From positions 91,760,001 through 91,824,000 of the forward strand of contig NC_135808.1 in assembly GCF_964213995.1 (NCBI RefSeq): DNA of 64,000 nucleotides, written 5' to 3'. Origin of the DNA: Mustelus asterias (taxonomy: Eukaryota). The notes beneath the pieces are model-generated. The model was not told the DNA's origin, searched no databases, and saw nothing but the letters and a program-made list of their open reading frames with translations. This document shows, piece by piece, positions 44,410 to 59,292 of the stretch (its first letter is position 1; every line of letters starts with the position of its first letter). A program made the position numbers and the translations under genes.

Positions 44410-45695
44410 AATCAAGGGGCAGCCTAGGACAGTGTCCTAGACCCAACCATCTTCAGGTGCTTGATCAACAATCTTCCTTCCATCGTAAGGTCAAATGTGG
44501 AGATGTTCATTGATGATTGCACATTAGTGACTCCTCAGATACTGAAGCAGTCCATGTCCAATGACTTGGACAATATCCAGGCTTGGGTTGACAACTGACA
44601 AGTAACATTCGTGCCACACCAGTGCCAGGCAATAACCATCTCCAACAAGAGAGAATCCAACCATCACTCCATATCATTCAATGGCCTTACCATTGTTGAA
44701 TCCCCCATCATCAACAGCTATCATTGACCAGAAACTGAATTGGACTAGCCATATAAATATTGTGGCTAACAATAGGCTAGGAATCCTGTGGCAAATAACT
44801 CACCTCCTGACTCCCCAAGGCTACAAGGCACAAGTCTTAGGGGCGGCACGGTGGCACAGTGATTAGCACTCCTGCCTTACAGCGCCAGGGACCCAGGTTC
44901 AATTCCATCCTCGGGTCACTGCCTATGTGGAGTCTGCATGTTCTCCACGTGTGTGCGTAGGTTCCCTCTGGGTGCTCCGGCTTCCTCCCACAGTCCAAAG
45001 ATGTGCTGGTTAGGTGGATTGGCCATGCTAAATTGACCCTAGTGTCAGGGGGACTAGCAGGGTAAATGTGTGGGGTAATGGGAATAGGGCTTGGGTGGGA
45101 TGTGGTCAGTACAGATTCAATGAGCTGAATGGTCTCCTTCTGTACTGTAGGGATTCTATGATACAAGGCACCAAGTCAGGAATGTGGTGGAATACTCTTC
45201 ACCTGCCTGGATGAGTGCAACTCCAACAACACTTAAGAAGCTTGACACCATCTCGAACAAATCAGCCCACTTAATTGGCAGCCCATGAACAAACATCCAC
45301 TCCCTCCACCACCAACACAAAGTGGCAGCAGTCTGTCCCATCTACAAGATCCACTGCAGGAACTCCTGTAGGCTCCTTAGACAGCACTTTCCAAACCCAC
45401 GGCCAGTATCATCTGAAAGAACAATGACAGCAGACACATGAGAACAGCTTCACATAGAAGTTCTCTTCCAATCCACTCATCATCCTGACTTGAAAATATG
45501 TCACTTTTCCTTCACTGGCACTGGGTCAAACTCTGAAACTCCCATCTCTAACAGCACTGTGGGTATACCTACACCACATGGACTGCAGTCATTCAAGAAG
45601 GCAGCTCATCGCCGCCTTCTCTAGGGCAATTAGGGATGAGAAATAAATGCTGGCTTCGTCAGAGACACCCACATCCCATGATTAAATTAAAAAGC
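44410..45695 (+). mobile_element. CR1/L2-group LINE 3' fragment interrupted by an HE1 SINE
   Basis: Degenerate RT region and 3' end GGGCAATTAGGGATG...ATAAATGCTGGC; same family at 55800-56580 and 46485-46645 (minus). Confidence 0.75.
44840..45160 (+). mobile_element. HE1 SINE
   Basis: Full element flanked by TACAAGGCAC duplication. Confidence 0.9.
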
Positions 45696-48333
45696 TGAGT
45701 CCCAGTCCGAGCCCAAGCAAGCTTCGCCCACCTGTAAACATGACCAACTATCAGACCCTTCTATATTCAGGCAGAAGAACAAAGAGGGTTGGCAGCGGGT
45801 GCCAGGACTTTTGTATTTTGTTGTTGGCACATTCAGCTATCTGTCTTCCACATTTACCCACCCCTCTGTAACTTTCTTTTGAGAAATAAAATTGCATCAA
45901 AAAAACTCTGAGAATTCATCTCTAACAGATCTACATGTCAGTAACGTTTGCAATTTTAGAAATTATACCAGGAAATTGCAACAACAGCCACCTGTTTTTC
46001 CAGCATAACATTGGTGTTCGACCACTGAGTTTTCTGTTGTGATCTGCCATGTCCCATTTCTCCAGAAATGTGCTGGACAACATAATGGCTCCGTGGCATT
46101 TAGCTGCAGGAACTCAAGTGTGAATTTCAGATATAAATAGGCACGTTTAGTTGTATCAAATATTAAATGCCCAAATCAGCAGCCCTTAGGAACTTTTCCG
46201 TTTTTACTTTTGTGTATAGTTGCCACCTTTGATTGGAGATATTCCTGGAGGTTTGCTCGCATGACATTTCACCAAGTGACACTTAATCATTTGACATCAA
46301 TCCCATGACATCTGGTCACATGAGCTGGATCAAATGGCACTTGCAAATGTTACTGTGCTTATCGTACAAAGGTTGCGTCCCTGTATTTGAACATCTTTGC
46401 TCAGCTGCACACCAGAAGCTATTGTACAGAAAGCTCCAAGAACTAGGAGAAAGAATGTTATGTTTACAGTATTCTTTAATTTTTTAATTATTTCATGGGA
46501 AGAATGCAAGGCTGGCTAGACCAGCATTTATTGCCTGTTTGCCCTTCAGAAGGTGGTGGTGAGCCACCTTCCTGAACCACTGCAGACCATGTGGTGTAGG
46601 TACACCCACAGTGCTGTTAGGGAGAGAGTTCCAGGAATTTGACCCATAATGTATAAAATGTAATAATGTAGGAAATGCAGCAGATGATTTGCACTCATTG
46701 ATCTCCCACAAACAGCAATTAAATAAATGATAAAAGTATGTGCTTTAGATATTGGTTGAGAGTAAGTGTTGGCTAGGACACTGGGGAACTGCCCAGCTCT
46801 GAATCATGCTCTTTTATGTTATTCTATGGGATCTGTTATGTTTATCTGAGAGAGCAGGGAGGAGCTTAGCTTCATATCTCATCCAGAAAATTCCATTTGC
46901 TTTGCTTTTTATCTGCTGTACCTGCATGCCAGTTTTCTGCGACTCATGCACGAGGACACCCAGATCCCACTTCACCGAAGCACCCCAAAGCCTCTTTCCA
47001 TTGAGATAATAAGTTGCCTTTCCATTTTCCGACCAAAATGGATAACCTCACATTTTTCCACGTTAAACTCCATCTGCCACATTCTGATCGCTGCCTCAAT
47101 ACCTCCTCCCTAGCCAATGGCCAAAAAACCCCCAGGCTGATTGCCACCCTGATAACCAGCACCCCCTCCCATCCGATTGCAGTCCTGACAAATCCCCAAT
47201 GCAGAGTACCTCCTGCCTCCCCGTCATTTTCCCGCTCCATCGTGGCCCTGCCCCATCATGGTCCCACCCCTTCCAATAGGTATCTCCCCTTGGCACTGCC
47301 CAGTGCCTGGTAGGCACCATGAGGGTGCCCGTCTTCCAGTGCCAAGGCACCCAATAGCCAGTGCCAGGATGCCAGGCTGGCAGTGCCAAGCTGGTACTTC
47401 AAATTAGCAATTACTTACCAATCAACAAGTGAACATGTAACTGCCCTGATCCATATAATTGAGTAAGCCATACCGCTTTTACCTGCTAAACCACTGAAAA
47501 GTTGCTTTTTATATTCAGTGTTATGTATGGTAATTCAGTTAAATTAACTACTGTAATTTAGTTTGTGTTAGGCACCATATTTCAGTTTGAATAAGGTGCT
47601 GTAAAACATTGATGCAGTCTGTTTCCTCATTACCTGATGAAACCATCAATACCAAGAGGGACTCAGGTTCTGATAATTGATAACATGACTGATAATTAGT
47701 ACAGCAGCAGTGAAATGTTACTACTCAGTTTGTCAATGCTATAGCTTCCTGAATGCTCACATTGCTTCAAGATGCGGTGAGGGGTTATAAAACCGAATGA
47801 CCTCAAACACCTGGGCTCATATTTATAAAGAATTTATTGCACACTTTAATACCGAAAGCTTTTGTATGTTTTCACATGTGTTCATTCTTTTAAAGTTGAA
47901 AATGTGCAGCAAATTACTTGTAGATTTTGTTCCAACTGCTCAAAGTGTCTTCAAGTACACATAATTTACATGAGCCTAACTCCACAAACTTAGTGGCATG
48001 AAACTGCCAACTCCAGACTGAGTTCAAAAAAGAAATCAGCCCAAAGCCACTTGCCAAGGAATCACCGGTATTCTGCTTACACATACCAAACTGAACACAA
48101 CTTTCACACTTACAACATCTTTTTTTTCAATTTACTGACTCCTGTTAGGTAATATAGATAGGTTAATTTATATTACCTTACCTTCATGTGTGAGTGCAGA
48201 CAGCATTGGTAAGATATTCAGCCTGTATTGTCCTCACCCAGAGTCCACGCTGTAGCAGAAGCCATTAGATAGATTTCAGGGAGGGAACTCTGGAAGACTT
48301 TCCCCTAACTGGCCAGAGAATGCTAAAATCTAT

Positions 48334-49410
48334 TAGAACATAGAACATTACAGCGCAGTACAGGCCCTTCGGCCCTCGATGTTGCACCAACCAGTGGAAC
48401 CAATCTAAAGTCCCTCTAATCTACACTATTCCAATATCATCCATATGTTTATCCAATAACCATTTGAATGCTCTTAATGTTGACGAGTCCACTCCTGCTG
48501 CAGGCAGGGCATTCCACGCCCTTACTACTCTCTGAGTAAAGAACCTACCTCTAACATCTGTCCTATATCTCTCACCCCTCAATTTAAAGCTATGTCCCCT
48601 CGTGCTAGCCATCACCATCCAAGGAAAAAGGCTCTCACTATCCACCCTATATAATCCTCTGATCATCTTGTATGCCTCTATTAAGTCACCTCTTAACCTT
48701 CTTCTCGCTAACGAAAACAACCTCAAGCCCCTCAGCCTTTCCTCATATGATTTTCCCACCATACCAGGCAACATCCTGGTAAATCTCCTCTGCACCCTTT
48801 CCAACACTTCCACATCTTTCCTATAATACGGCGACCAGAACTGTACGCAATAATCCAAATGCGGCCGCACCAGAGTTTTGTACAGTTGCAGCATGACCTC
48901 CTGGCTCTGAAACTCAATCCCTCTACCAATAAAAGCTAACACACCGTACGCCTTCTTAACAGCCCTATCAACCTGGGTGCCAACTTTCAGGGATCTATGC
49001 ACATGGACACCCTGATCCCTCTGTTCGTCCACACTACCAAGTATCTTACCATTAGCCCAGTACTCTGTATTCCTGTTACTCTTTCCAAAGTGAATCACCT
49101 CACACTTTTCCACATTAAACTCCATTTGCCACATCTCAGCCCAGCTCTGCAGCATATCTATGTCCCTCTGTAACCGGCCACTTCCCTCTGCACTGTCTAC
49201 AACTCCACCGACTTTAGTGTCATCCGCAAATTTACTAATCCATCCTTCTACGCCCTCATCCAGGTCATTAATAAAAATGACAAACAGCAGTGGCCCCAAA
49301 ACAGATCCTTGCGGTACACCACTAGTAACTGAACTCCAGGATGAATATTTCCCATCAACCACCACCCTCTGTTTTCTTCCAGCTAGCCAATTCCTGATCC
49401 AAACCACTAA
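48334..49410 (-). mobile_element. Young 5'-truncated CR1 with open RT C-terminal frame
   Basis: ORF 48421-49407 (GVPQGSVLGP, KFADD, TRGH); (TTCTATG)n tail at ~48334. Confidence 0.92.
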
Positions 49411-50239
49411 ATCACTATTGTCGCTGCTATCTCAGCAGGGATCAGCTGACTTGACAAACCAGGGCTTAATAGATTGATTATGACGGTAAGTTGCATAAAA
49501 ACAGCAGTATCCCCCTTGGGTTGAGAAGATTGAGGGGTGAACTAAATGAGGTGTTTAAAATTAGAAAAAAGGATTTGGTAAAGTAGGTCCTCCAAAAGGC
49601 TTTGGATATTAAGCCAATTGAAATTGTCAAAACTGGGGATTGATAGATTTCTGTTGGGTCAAAGGATATGAAGCAAAGCTAGATAAATTTGGTTGAGGGT
49701 TCGATCAGCCATGGTCTAGCCAACTGGTGGAATAAGCTTGAGAGACTGAACTGCCTACTTCTCCTCCTATGTTCAAAAAAATGTGTTTCAGTGTTTCGTC
49801 ATAGCTGCATCACATAGGCCAACTGATAATTTTAACTACACACATGCGAACAGGAAGATGTTTCTGTACACATTTTACCTCTTCTATGTACCTTTGTTAA
49901 AATTGAAATAAGCAAGTATTCAGCAGAATAGTGACGTATTGTGGTAGAATACTAACATACTATACAACCATAAGAACATAAGAAATAGGAGCAGCTGTAG
50001 ACCAAATGGTCCATTGAGTCTGCCCACCATTCAATCTTTGGCTTCAACTTTCTGTTGCTTTCCATAGCCTTGATTCTTTGAGAGATCAAATATCTGTCCA
50101 TCACTGCACCACAGAATTGAGGTTATTTGATCAATTTCTCTATGTTGCTCTGTTCTAGATTCAGTCATGATACCGCGGGATTGGTGCAAGTTGAGGCAAG
50201 AGCTCCATTCTAGGAAGAAAGGAAAGTTGTTAAATTTTT

Positions 50240-51000
50240 ATCAAAACCTCCCTAGCCAATCACTGACCTCTCTAGTTGATCACTGACCACTGTGGCTAAT
50301 CACTGACCTCTCTGGCTGATCGCTGACCTCGCTGGCTGATCGCTGGCATCCCCAGTCGATCATCACCACAGTACTTCCCCCCCCGCCCCCCCCCCCCCCC
50401 CCCCCCCACCAGCCAATTGCCACCCCTATAGCCTCTCAGGCCGATTGCCAGTCTGATAACCCCCCACCTCCATCTGATCGCCGCCCCAGCTAATCCCCAA
50501 TCTGTCATTTTCCCACTCCATCACGGCCCCGCCCCATCACAGCCCCACCCCTCCCAATGCCTGGTGGCCACCACCAGAGTGCCAGTCTGACAGTGCCAAG
50601 GTGCCCAGTAGGCAGTTCCAGGGTGCCAGGCTGGCACTGCCCAAGGGGCACTGCCCATCCTTGCCCCCGACCACTCAGGAAGCCTCAACGGCCTCTGGTC
50701 CCACCAGCAAGGTCATCATGTTTGGTCCTCGTTGCTAGGGACCATATGTGATCCTCGCCGGTGAGAACCTCCACCAGCGAGGCCACTAAGGCAAGTGAGC
50801 TTGAATAATTGCATCCTGGGCTCACTAATAATATTTAAATTATCAAATGAATATTAAAATCAGCCTCGCGCCCCTCCCGGATGTGAGGCTATTTATGCCA
50901 GCAAAACATGGCCAGTAAGATCACGAGAGGTGAGAAACTGGGTGCGATGCTGGTTTTTCACCTCTTGCACAATTTTACCAGTTTGCAAGATTGCCCCCTG
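50240..51000. mobile_element. GC-rich non-autonomous DNA-transposon-like repeat; relatives at ~47090-47400 and ~63605-64000
   Basis: Clustered GTGCC/GGCAC motifs and shared CCCTAGCCAAT...TCATTTTCCC.CTCCATC blocks between the 47.1 kb and 50.2-50.6 kb copies. Confidence 0.5.
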
Positions 51001-54000
51001 TATCTCGATGGCAGAAAAGAGTCTACTCTGCCAAGTCCTGTCTTCTCAACTCTCAGACAGTCAATGTTCCAGCAGAGGAGATAGAAAATGCTTCAAGGAC
51101 ACTCTGAAGTTCTCGTTGAAGTGTGGCAGCATTAAGATTAATGACTGGGCGAAGATTGCTATCAATCATTCAAAATGGTGACAACTTCTCCATCAAGCTG
51201 CATCATGCTTTGACTCCCAACATCTTAATGATAATGCAGAGCAAAGACAGAGAAGGAAAGAAAATGATGCAAATCCCGCATTCTGGATCCCACTACTCCA
51301 TGGAACATCCTGCTCAATGTGCCCAAAGATCTCTGGGTCAAAAATCACCCTGTTCAGTCACATAAAGACCCATGGCAGAAACTCATGACCCGAGAGACAG
51401 TCAACAACAGGTTTCCTAAAGGCAATTGATCAAAGCGCAGCAGCAAAATTGCAGTTAGTTTTTCATATAAGGCAGCCCATCAACAACCTGGAGCTGCCTG
51501 CACTCATCCTCACCTCCCACACGGACAATATTGGAAGTCACCCCCACCCACCTCTCCCCGCAGCCGCCTCTCCCCCCGCCCCCTCTGCTCCTCAGGAGGA
51601 GGATAACATTCATTCCAGTCTCTTCATAGAAATGATCCTGATCTAGGTTTTGGGAGAGGGTCAATGCTGGAGCATGCTAATGATCAGAATGTTATCCTGC
51701 TGCAGTTCTGCAGCCAGCGCAGAATTTCTGGTCCAGTGTTTTTAACGGATTTTGTTAATACTAGCAGATCTCCGATGCTATTGCTTGTCAGTGTTGTTCT
51801 GTAATGGGAAGAATGTCATAAAAAAGGATAAAACTTGTATTTGTATCGCATCTTATTATATGCTCAGGATACTCCAAAATATTTCCCAATCAATGAACTA
51901 TCTTTTGAAGTCCAGTTAGTTTTATATAGCCAAATGCATATGGTACTATGACATAACATTTCAACATAATGAGGTGTAAATTCAGAATATTTTACAAATC
52001 AAAATAAAGAGAAAAGTGTTCAAGCAGATCTGAATTTGGAAAGAATATTAATGAGAGATTTGCTGTAGAGAGTGATTCTTAGACCTTTGAGCCATCGATA
52101 GATTGTTTATTAATGTTACAAATTTACATTATCTGTGACAGAAAGGTGTGTTCATATTAATGCTTAATATATTGCCAATGGGTCTAACAAGCATTTCTCA
52201 CAGCATGTCAAAGAGTATATTGTTTATAAAGAACTGGAGCGAAATGTCATGAAATAGACAACAAATTATTATGCTGCTATGGAGAACTCTACTTAATTTG
52301 TACTATCTATTTAAAGTCCAAATGTAAATAACCAAATACTAAGGTCCATTACAGTTTGATTTTTTCATTTTCAGTTATTATTTTATGATGTTTGATCAAT
52401 AGGACATTTTTGTTCAATTATAATTGGTATTTATTAATATGATATATGAGACAACAGCATACAATTTTGACACACATGTATGACACTTTCAAATGTAACA
52501 TTTTGAGGTATGATGAGTGTGTTTGTCGCCTATTAGCCATTAGACTTTGAACATATGCAGCAACAATTTCATTTATGTGGAATATATAAAGTTCCTTCTG
52601 TTTTTTTTAAATATTACAGCAAATCCCCTCACATCCATTGAATGTTTGGAAAGGAAATATGTAACTATACTGCGATAGGTATGCTGAACAGAAGTATTTT
52701 ATTTATTTGGCTATTAATGATGAATGTGATGTTATTATCAGGGACAGCACTATTTTACAGACTGTATTAATCAGGAGTTTCTATGTTGAAAGTCTGCTAG
52801 ACACAATTTGTTACAGATTAATTTCTTGGGTCTTATCATTATGATTTACAAATGGATGAGAGGATGTCATGGTGACCAATGAACATTGAATGAACTTTGC
52901 CTTCTGTCTGTCTCAATTTGCCAAGGAATGCCAAACCTTGCAGCTCACACTGATTGCTTCACAGAAGGTTGGCAATAGATACCATTGATCTCCACTTTCT
53001 TTGCAAAGTTATCTTTTGAATGCAGGATGTTAAAAAAGAGAAATCTAAATGAAACATTAAGGTTGGTGCCACCAAAGGTTGGGAGTGATATGGTAAATCA
53101 AGGAGTAGTGGGCTGCAGACATTCATCTTCGATTTTAAAAGCCTGGAGAAGGTAGGAAATATGGAAAATGGGATCATCCCTCCACAGTTTTTGAAAAAAC
53201 AATTAGAACAGGAGATAGTATTTAGTCTTGATTCCAACCTAACTTAAATAATACTTGCTGAAAGTTTAGCCAGTGAGAAATCTCTTATCCATATTTTTCA
53301 CAAGAGTTTACATTCCCAATAGTGGCCAGGATAAATGTTGTGAAACATTTGTTTTATTTTCACTGTTGTCTTCCAGGTGTATTCTTGATTTGCATTTAGT
53401 TATACAAAAAGGGAGAATTATGGAATAGAAATTCAATCAGGGTCTGTACGATAGTTGAATGTGTCATATATTGTCCATTCATTCATGTGTACTCTGTCTG
53501 AAGGTAGGTCCTTACCTGCTGATACTACACAAGAGCTGTTTTCGTGACAGCTTTTGTCAGTGGTGGTTTTCCGTTGTCCTCCATTCTTCGGGCCAGGGCA
53601 AGGAGGCGGGTCCCAAATCTACCTCTGTCAGGATGGGAATTGAACCCCTGCTTTTGGCATTATTCTGAACCACATACAAGCAATCTCGCCCACTGAGCTA
53701 ACTGCATCCCCAAATTGTCCCTAAAAGCTTCATTAATAGTCCAACACAATATAACACCAGCTATATAACACACCTCTTTCACAAGTCCCGACTCAGGTAA
53801 TCTATCGAGCTAGATTAGCAACAGACAAATGCACGCTATAATGAAAGGCATAGGTCATGAGTGATTTTGCAAACAAGATTGTAAACTATCCAGGTGTGAG
53901 AAACGGCAGGTTTACTGTGCATTGTATTGCAACACCCTATTTATAACATGTGCAAACATATTCTAAGCTGTATACAACTGGAATCCAAATGCATCAAAGT

Positions 54001-54189
54001 TTTACACTTTTTAAAGCTGTCTGATACTGCTGGAAATGCACGTTGATAGCTGCAATATATGGTGACGGTGCTAATTTTATTCTGGTACTCCAAATAATTC
54101 ACAATTTCTTTTCACCTGAAATATGAAATGAGTTTTCCCAGCCTAACAGCTTTGCATTGTTCTCAGCCCAAATTCTTCACCACCATACC

Positions 54190-54513
54190 AGAATCATAAA
54201 ATCCCTACAGTGCAGAAGGAGGCCATTAGACCCATCAAGCCTGCACTGACAACAATCCCACCCAGGCCCAATCTTCGTAACTCCACGTATTTACCCTACT
54301 AGAACCCCTGACCCTCAGGGGCAATTTTGCATAGTCAATCAACCTAACCTGCACATCTTTGGAGTGTGGGAGGAAACCAGAGCACCCAGGGGAAATACAC
54401 GCAGACACAGGGATAACGTGCAAACTCCACACAGACAGTGACCTGAGTCTGGAATTGAACCTAGGTTCCTGGCGCTGTGAGGCAGCAGTGCTAACCCCTG
54501 TGCCACTGTGCCA
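54190..54513 (-). mobile_element. HE1 SINE
   Basis: Reverse complement of HE1 with CR1-type tail. Confidence 0.88.
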
Positions 54514-55409
54514 CTGAAGACCACAGGAAAACCTTGGTTGTCTCCCAGCAGGTTCTGGGGTGTGGGACTCATCTTGATGGGCACTCCATAGCAGCAACAA
54601 TAACCGCCCCACAGTAATGGCACTGCTGGTACATCACAATCCCAACACCACCACTCCTCCACCCCCCCCTCCCTCACCCCACCTTGATTGTTGGGGTCTG
54701 CCTGCCTGGCTCCTGCTTTCCACAATCAATCTCACTTCGATTCAAGAGCATCCCACCATTGAACTGCCTTCTCCCTGGTGATGCAGCCTCACTAATGGCC
54801 ATTATTAGCAGTGGTTTGCTTAGACTGATGGACTGCCAGCCACCTGCAATGGGCTGGCTGCTCTTGGGAGTGGATAACCATCTTCAATTGGATGACGGCC
54901 CCCGTATCAACCTCTTAACTGTCTGCCACCAGTAGAATGCTGTATAATAAACTTGCGATAAAAATAAAATATAAGCTTTTATCTGTAAATTGAAAAAGCT
55001 GATCCTTCCTAAAACAGTTTAATGGTAGCCTCATAGCTGTAGTGACATGTCCTTAATTATACTTCTCTTTTTTCACATATTAATTAACACATTATATCCC
55101 ATTATATTTTCATCTAAAAATAAACTGGTCTTGTATTAAACATCTGTAGCCTTATATTCCATCACACAGGTTCCAGCAAACTAGGCAGAAATCAGACTTA
55201 CATGATATCATAATGTGTTTTAATCTGTAGTGTCTCTTTATCTAGGTCACACACTTCACTTCAAACACTTTGGGCTGGGAAGCTCTGTTGCAAGATGTGA
55301 TTTTGCTTACAAGAAGAGGATCATGCATTTATACAGCACGTTTGATGACCTCAGGACATCAAAAAGCAGGGAGTGTGGGGTGGGGGGGGGGGGGGTGTAG
55401 GGGATGGTG

Positions 55410-56580
55410 CTGGCAGTGGTGTAGTGATATTTGCCACTGGACTAGAAATCCAGAGATCCAGGGTAATGCTCTGGGATTCCAGGTTCGAATCCCATCACAA
55501 CAGATCATCAAATTTGAATCCAACAAAAATCTGGAATTAAAAATCTAAAGATGACCAGGAAACTGTTGTCAGCAAAAAAAATCTGTTTCACTAATATCCT
55601 TTTCTAATGTGCCTGGTCTGGCCCATGGCCCAGCTTGTCAGCCCTGCAAAGCCGTCCTTACTAACATCTGGGCTTGCCCCAAAATAGGGGGAGCTGTCTC
55701 ACAAGTCAATCAAAGGCCTGACATAGTCATACTCATGGAATCATGAGTATTACACAATGTCCTAGACACCACCATCACCATCCCTGGGTATGTCCTGTCC
55801 CACTAAGCTTGAGCTGACAAGCAGCATGTGACATTCATGCAACACAAATGGCCAGGCAATGGCCATCTTCAATAAGAGGGAATCTAACCATCGCCCCTTG
55901 ACATTCAATGACATTACCATCACTGAATCCCCCACTATCAACATCCTGGGGGTTACCATGGACCAAAACCTGAACTGAAGTAGCCATATAAATACTGTAG
56001 CTACAAGAACAGGACAGAGGCTAGGAATCTTGCAGTGAGTAAGTCACCTCCTGACTCCCCAAACCCTGTCCAACATCCACAAGGCACAAGTTAGAAGTGT
56101 AATGGAATACTCTTCACTTGCCTAGATGCATGCAAATCCAACAATACTCAAGAAGCTTGATACCATCTAGGACAAAGCAGCCCATTTGATTGGTACCCAA
56201 TCCACAAACACTCACTCCCTTCACCATCAACACACAGTGGCATCAGTGCGTACCATCTACAAGATGCACTGCAGGAATTCACCAAGGCTCAATTGATAGC
56301 ACCTTCTAAACCCAAGATCTCTACCATCTAGAAGGACAACAGCAGCAGATATATAGGAACACCACCACCAGAAAGTTCCCATCCAAGCCATTCACCATCC
56401 TGACTTGGAAATATATCACTGTTCCTTCGGTTTCGCTGGGTCAAATTGCTGGAATTCCCTCCCTAACAGCACTGACTCCATATGAACTGCGGTGGTTCAA
56501 AAAGGCTGCTCAGCATTAACTTCTCAAAAGCAATTAGGGATGGGCAATTAATACTTCCCTAGCCAGTGACGTCCACATCA
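55410..56580 (+). mobile_element. Internally deleted CR1/L2-group element with tRNA-like head
   Basis: GCAGTGGTGTAGTG...GGTTCGAATCCC head, then LINE 3' region homologous to 44580-45680. Confidence 0.7.
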
Positions 56581-56584
56581 GTAT

Positions 56585-57050
56585 GGTCACTGTTATAATA
56601 CAGAAAATGTAGCAGACAACTTGTAAGCAGCAAAATATCACAAATAGCAAGGAGATAATGGTTATATTAGAACATAGAACATAGAACATTACAGCGCAGA
56701 ACAGGCCCTTCGGCCCACGATGTTGCACCGACCAGTTAAAAAAAAAAACTGTGACCCTCCAACCTAAACCAATTTCTTTTCGTCCATGAACCTATCTACG
56801 GATCTCTTAAACGCCCCCAAACTAGGCGCATTATCTGTTATGATGTTTTAAGATGAGCATTGGTCAGAACTACTGGAAGAATTACTCTCTGAACATTGCT
56901 ATGGATTATTTTACATCCACTTGGAGGTTAGATGGGTCCTCAATATAATATCTCATTCAAAAGATGACGCCTGCAACAGCAGTCACAGAATACTGCACTG
57001 CAGTCAATTTAGGGTATATGGCCCCAGTATCCCTGAACCTGCATACTGAC
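56585..57050 (-). mobile_element. Old Deu-domain-type SINE, interrupted by a short CR1 3' end (~56667-56830); relatives at ~11280-11505 and 46670-46890
   Basis: Degenerate TCTCATTCAAAAGATGACGCCT core; the 11.5 kb copy has the TATAAATGCAAGT tail. Family recognised from memory. Confidence 0.4.
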
Positions 57051-58357
57051 TAACCAATCCCTCACAACATCCATTTGTTCTTGCACTGACTAATCCATTT
57101 TCAAAAAAGTCTTTCCCCCTCACACTGACTCACTGACCCTCTCATCATTCCTTCTTCCTTTCGCTGATTAGCCTCTCCATCACAGGGATCTTCCTTCAGA
57201 TATCGACTGACTCATCCTTCAAAGTATTTTTTCCCCATAAACTGACTAATCCGTCCTTCACAATATCCCTTCCTTCTCACACTTACTAAACTGACCTTCA
57301 CCACACTCTATCTTTTACATTGACTAACAATGTTGCTTAACATTATAAAACTGTATTTTTAAAACTCGAAGGAAGCCATACATTTCTGAGAAAATAATTG
57401 AACACAGTAGAGATTTTTAAATAGTTGGTTTACATTTTGTATAAGCTCCCCCCACAGCACACTGTCTCTATTAATACTTTACATACTTGTGGGTAACTGA
57501 ATCTAAAATAACATTATTATTAAAGAACTTTATCCCCAGTGAACTGTGCAAAAATCCCCCAGTGTATTTCTGATTAATTAGTAGCACAGTAACAGTCACT
57601 GACAGTCAAACATAAAGCGGGAGTATCCCTCTGTAGGTGGATCCTTTTATCACTTTCAGGGAGTGTAAGCCAAGTACATCGAGTTTCATGGCTGTTTAGC
57701 ACATTCTTCTCTCACCTCTGGGACCTGGGCTTGAATCCAATTTCGACTGCTGAAATGAAACTATGCTTTCACTGCTAACTTTAAAGGATACTTTGTGAAA
57801 TAAGTTTGGGCATGTTGCAACTGGGGCCTAATAAGTGCTTGTCAATAGTGAAAAAGAAACTCCTCGCAAATTGACAAAATAATAAGAAATAAGGCTCACT
57901 CAGAAAGGCGTTAAGGATGATTCAAAGTTATAAACGTAAAAATCAGGCTGGAGTGTAGCGTTCAAATTAGGATTAACATGTGTTGTTGGTGTGGTGCTGA
58001 ATAAAGGGAACTTTGTGGCCTATTTTATACCTGATGTTGATAGTGAAAGTCAAGAAGTGAGAAATCTCTCATGCCGAGCACAAAATTCAATAATAATCAT
58101 ATTCAATAACTTTTAATTAAGCCTGCAATAAAAACTCATAAATTGCTCCAGAGATCACAGATGAAAATTGAAATGGTTTAAAAATTAATTATTTTAAAAC
58201 ATCAGTATTCTCTCAATGGGTCCGAATCATTGCTTTCAAGTATTTAAGCCTGAAGTTAAATATAAGATATTACCTGTTCCTTGAATATTTAAATATGAAG
58301 TTTCTTTCTCAGAGGGATTGAATCCCATGCACTAATGCATATTATAAATTAACATGT

Positions 58358-58478
58358 AGGGATTTTACAGCCTCGCTTGCCCTGAAACCGTAAAATCCCA
58401 CCCGAGGTCAACAGACCTTCCCATGCTCTGCCCCTTGCCCACTCCGATTCCCATGGCAGGCAGGTCGGTAAAATTCTG
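58358..58478. mobile_element. Short MITE-like element
   Basis: GGGATTTTAC...GTAAAATCCC internal hairpin and GTAAAATTC at the right end. Confidence 0.45.
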
Positions 58479-58629
58479 GCTGCAACAATTCCATGCTGAT
58501 ATGCTGAAGTTTTCGTATATAGACATATAGCTACTTAGCAGGTGTTTGGTGTGGAGGTTTGAGGGGTACATTTGCGACTCTTAATTGAATATAAGGAAAG
58601 TCCTATTGTACTGCTCTTTACAGTAGGTC

Positions 58630-59292
58630 AATGCTGCCCTCGAAGTGGCTGCGGGGGTGATGAGACGGTCACACACCTCCTTGTGGAATGTGCCTTTGCA
58701 AAGAAGGTCTGGAGTGAGATGCAGTGGTATTTGTCGAGGTTCGTCCCGAGCAGCTTGGTGACGCAGGACTCTGTGCTCTACGGGCTGTTTCCAGGGATGC
58801 ACACCGAGACAAATATCAACTGCTGCTGGAGGGTCATCAACTCAGTGAAGGACGCACTTTGGTCCGCCCAAAACTTGCTGATCTTCCAGTTGAAAGATTT
58901 GTCCTCGACCGAGTGTTGCAGACTGGCACATTCCAAGGTCCAGGACTACGTGCTGAGGGACGCGCTCAAGCTTGGGGCAGCCGCCGCAAAGGCACAATGG
59001 GGAAAGGCCACCGTGTAAAGCCTTTCAACCGAGGCAGACCGAGGGCCCGGTAACTGTAGAACACCCTCGGCCTGCGTAACTGTATGCTAATCTGAAAAGC
59101 AACAGCACACAGTAAAACCTGATGTATGTATATAGTTTCAAATACTGAAATGTAATGTCGTGTAAATAAGCATCGTATAGTACTGTAAAAATGACGGGGT
59201 TTTTTTGCACTGTTTGTAATTATTGGATATGCTGTTTTGCAATGGCTTATTTGAGAGTTTTTTAATGAATAAAGTATATTTTTGAAAAAAAA
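58630..59292 (+). mobile_element. Tx1/L1-clade LINE 3' fragment
   Basis: Zinc knuckle CPRSGCGGDETVTHLLVEC, VKDALWSAQN, stop at 59018, then AATAAA and an A tail. Confidence 0.8.

Noticed and set aside
44040-51380. Similar segments at ~44200-44390 and ~51170-51380 as duplicated exons
   Set aside because: Both resemble decayed RTE LINE 3' ends; no open frames or splice sites.
58572-59018. 148-aa ORF as a host gene
   Set aside because: It is the C-terminal zinc-knuckle region of a truncated Tx1/L1 element with a poly(A) tail.
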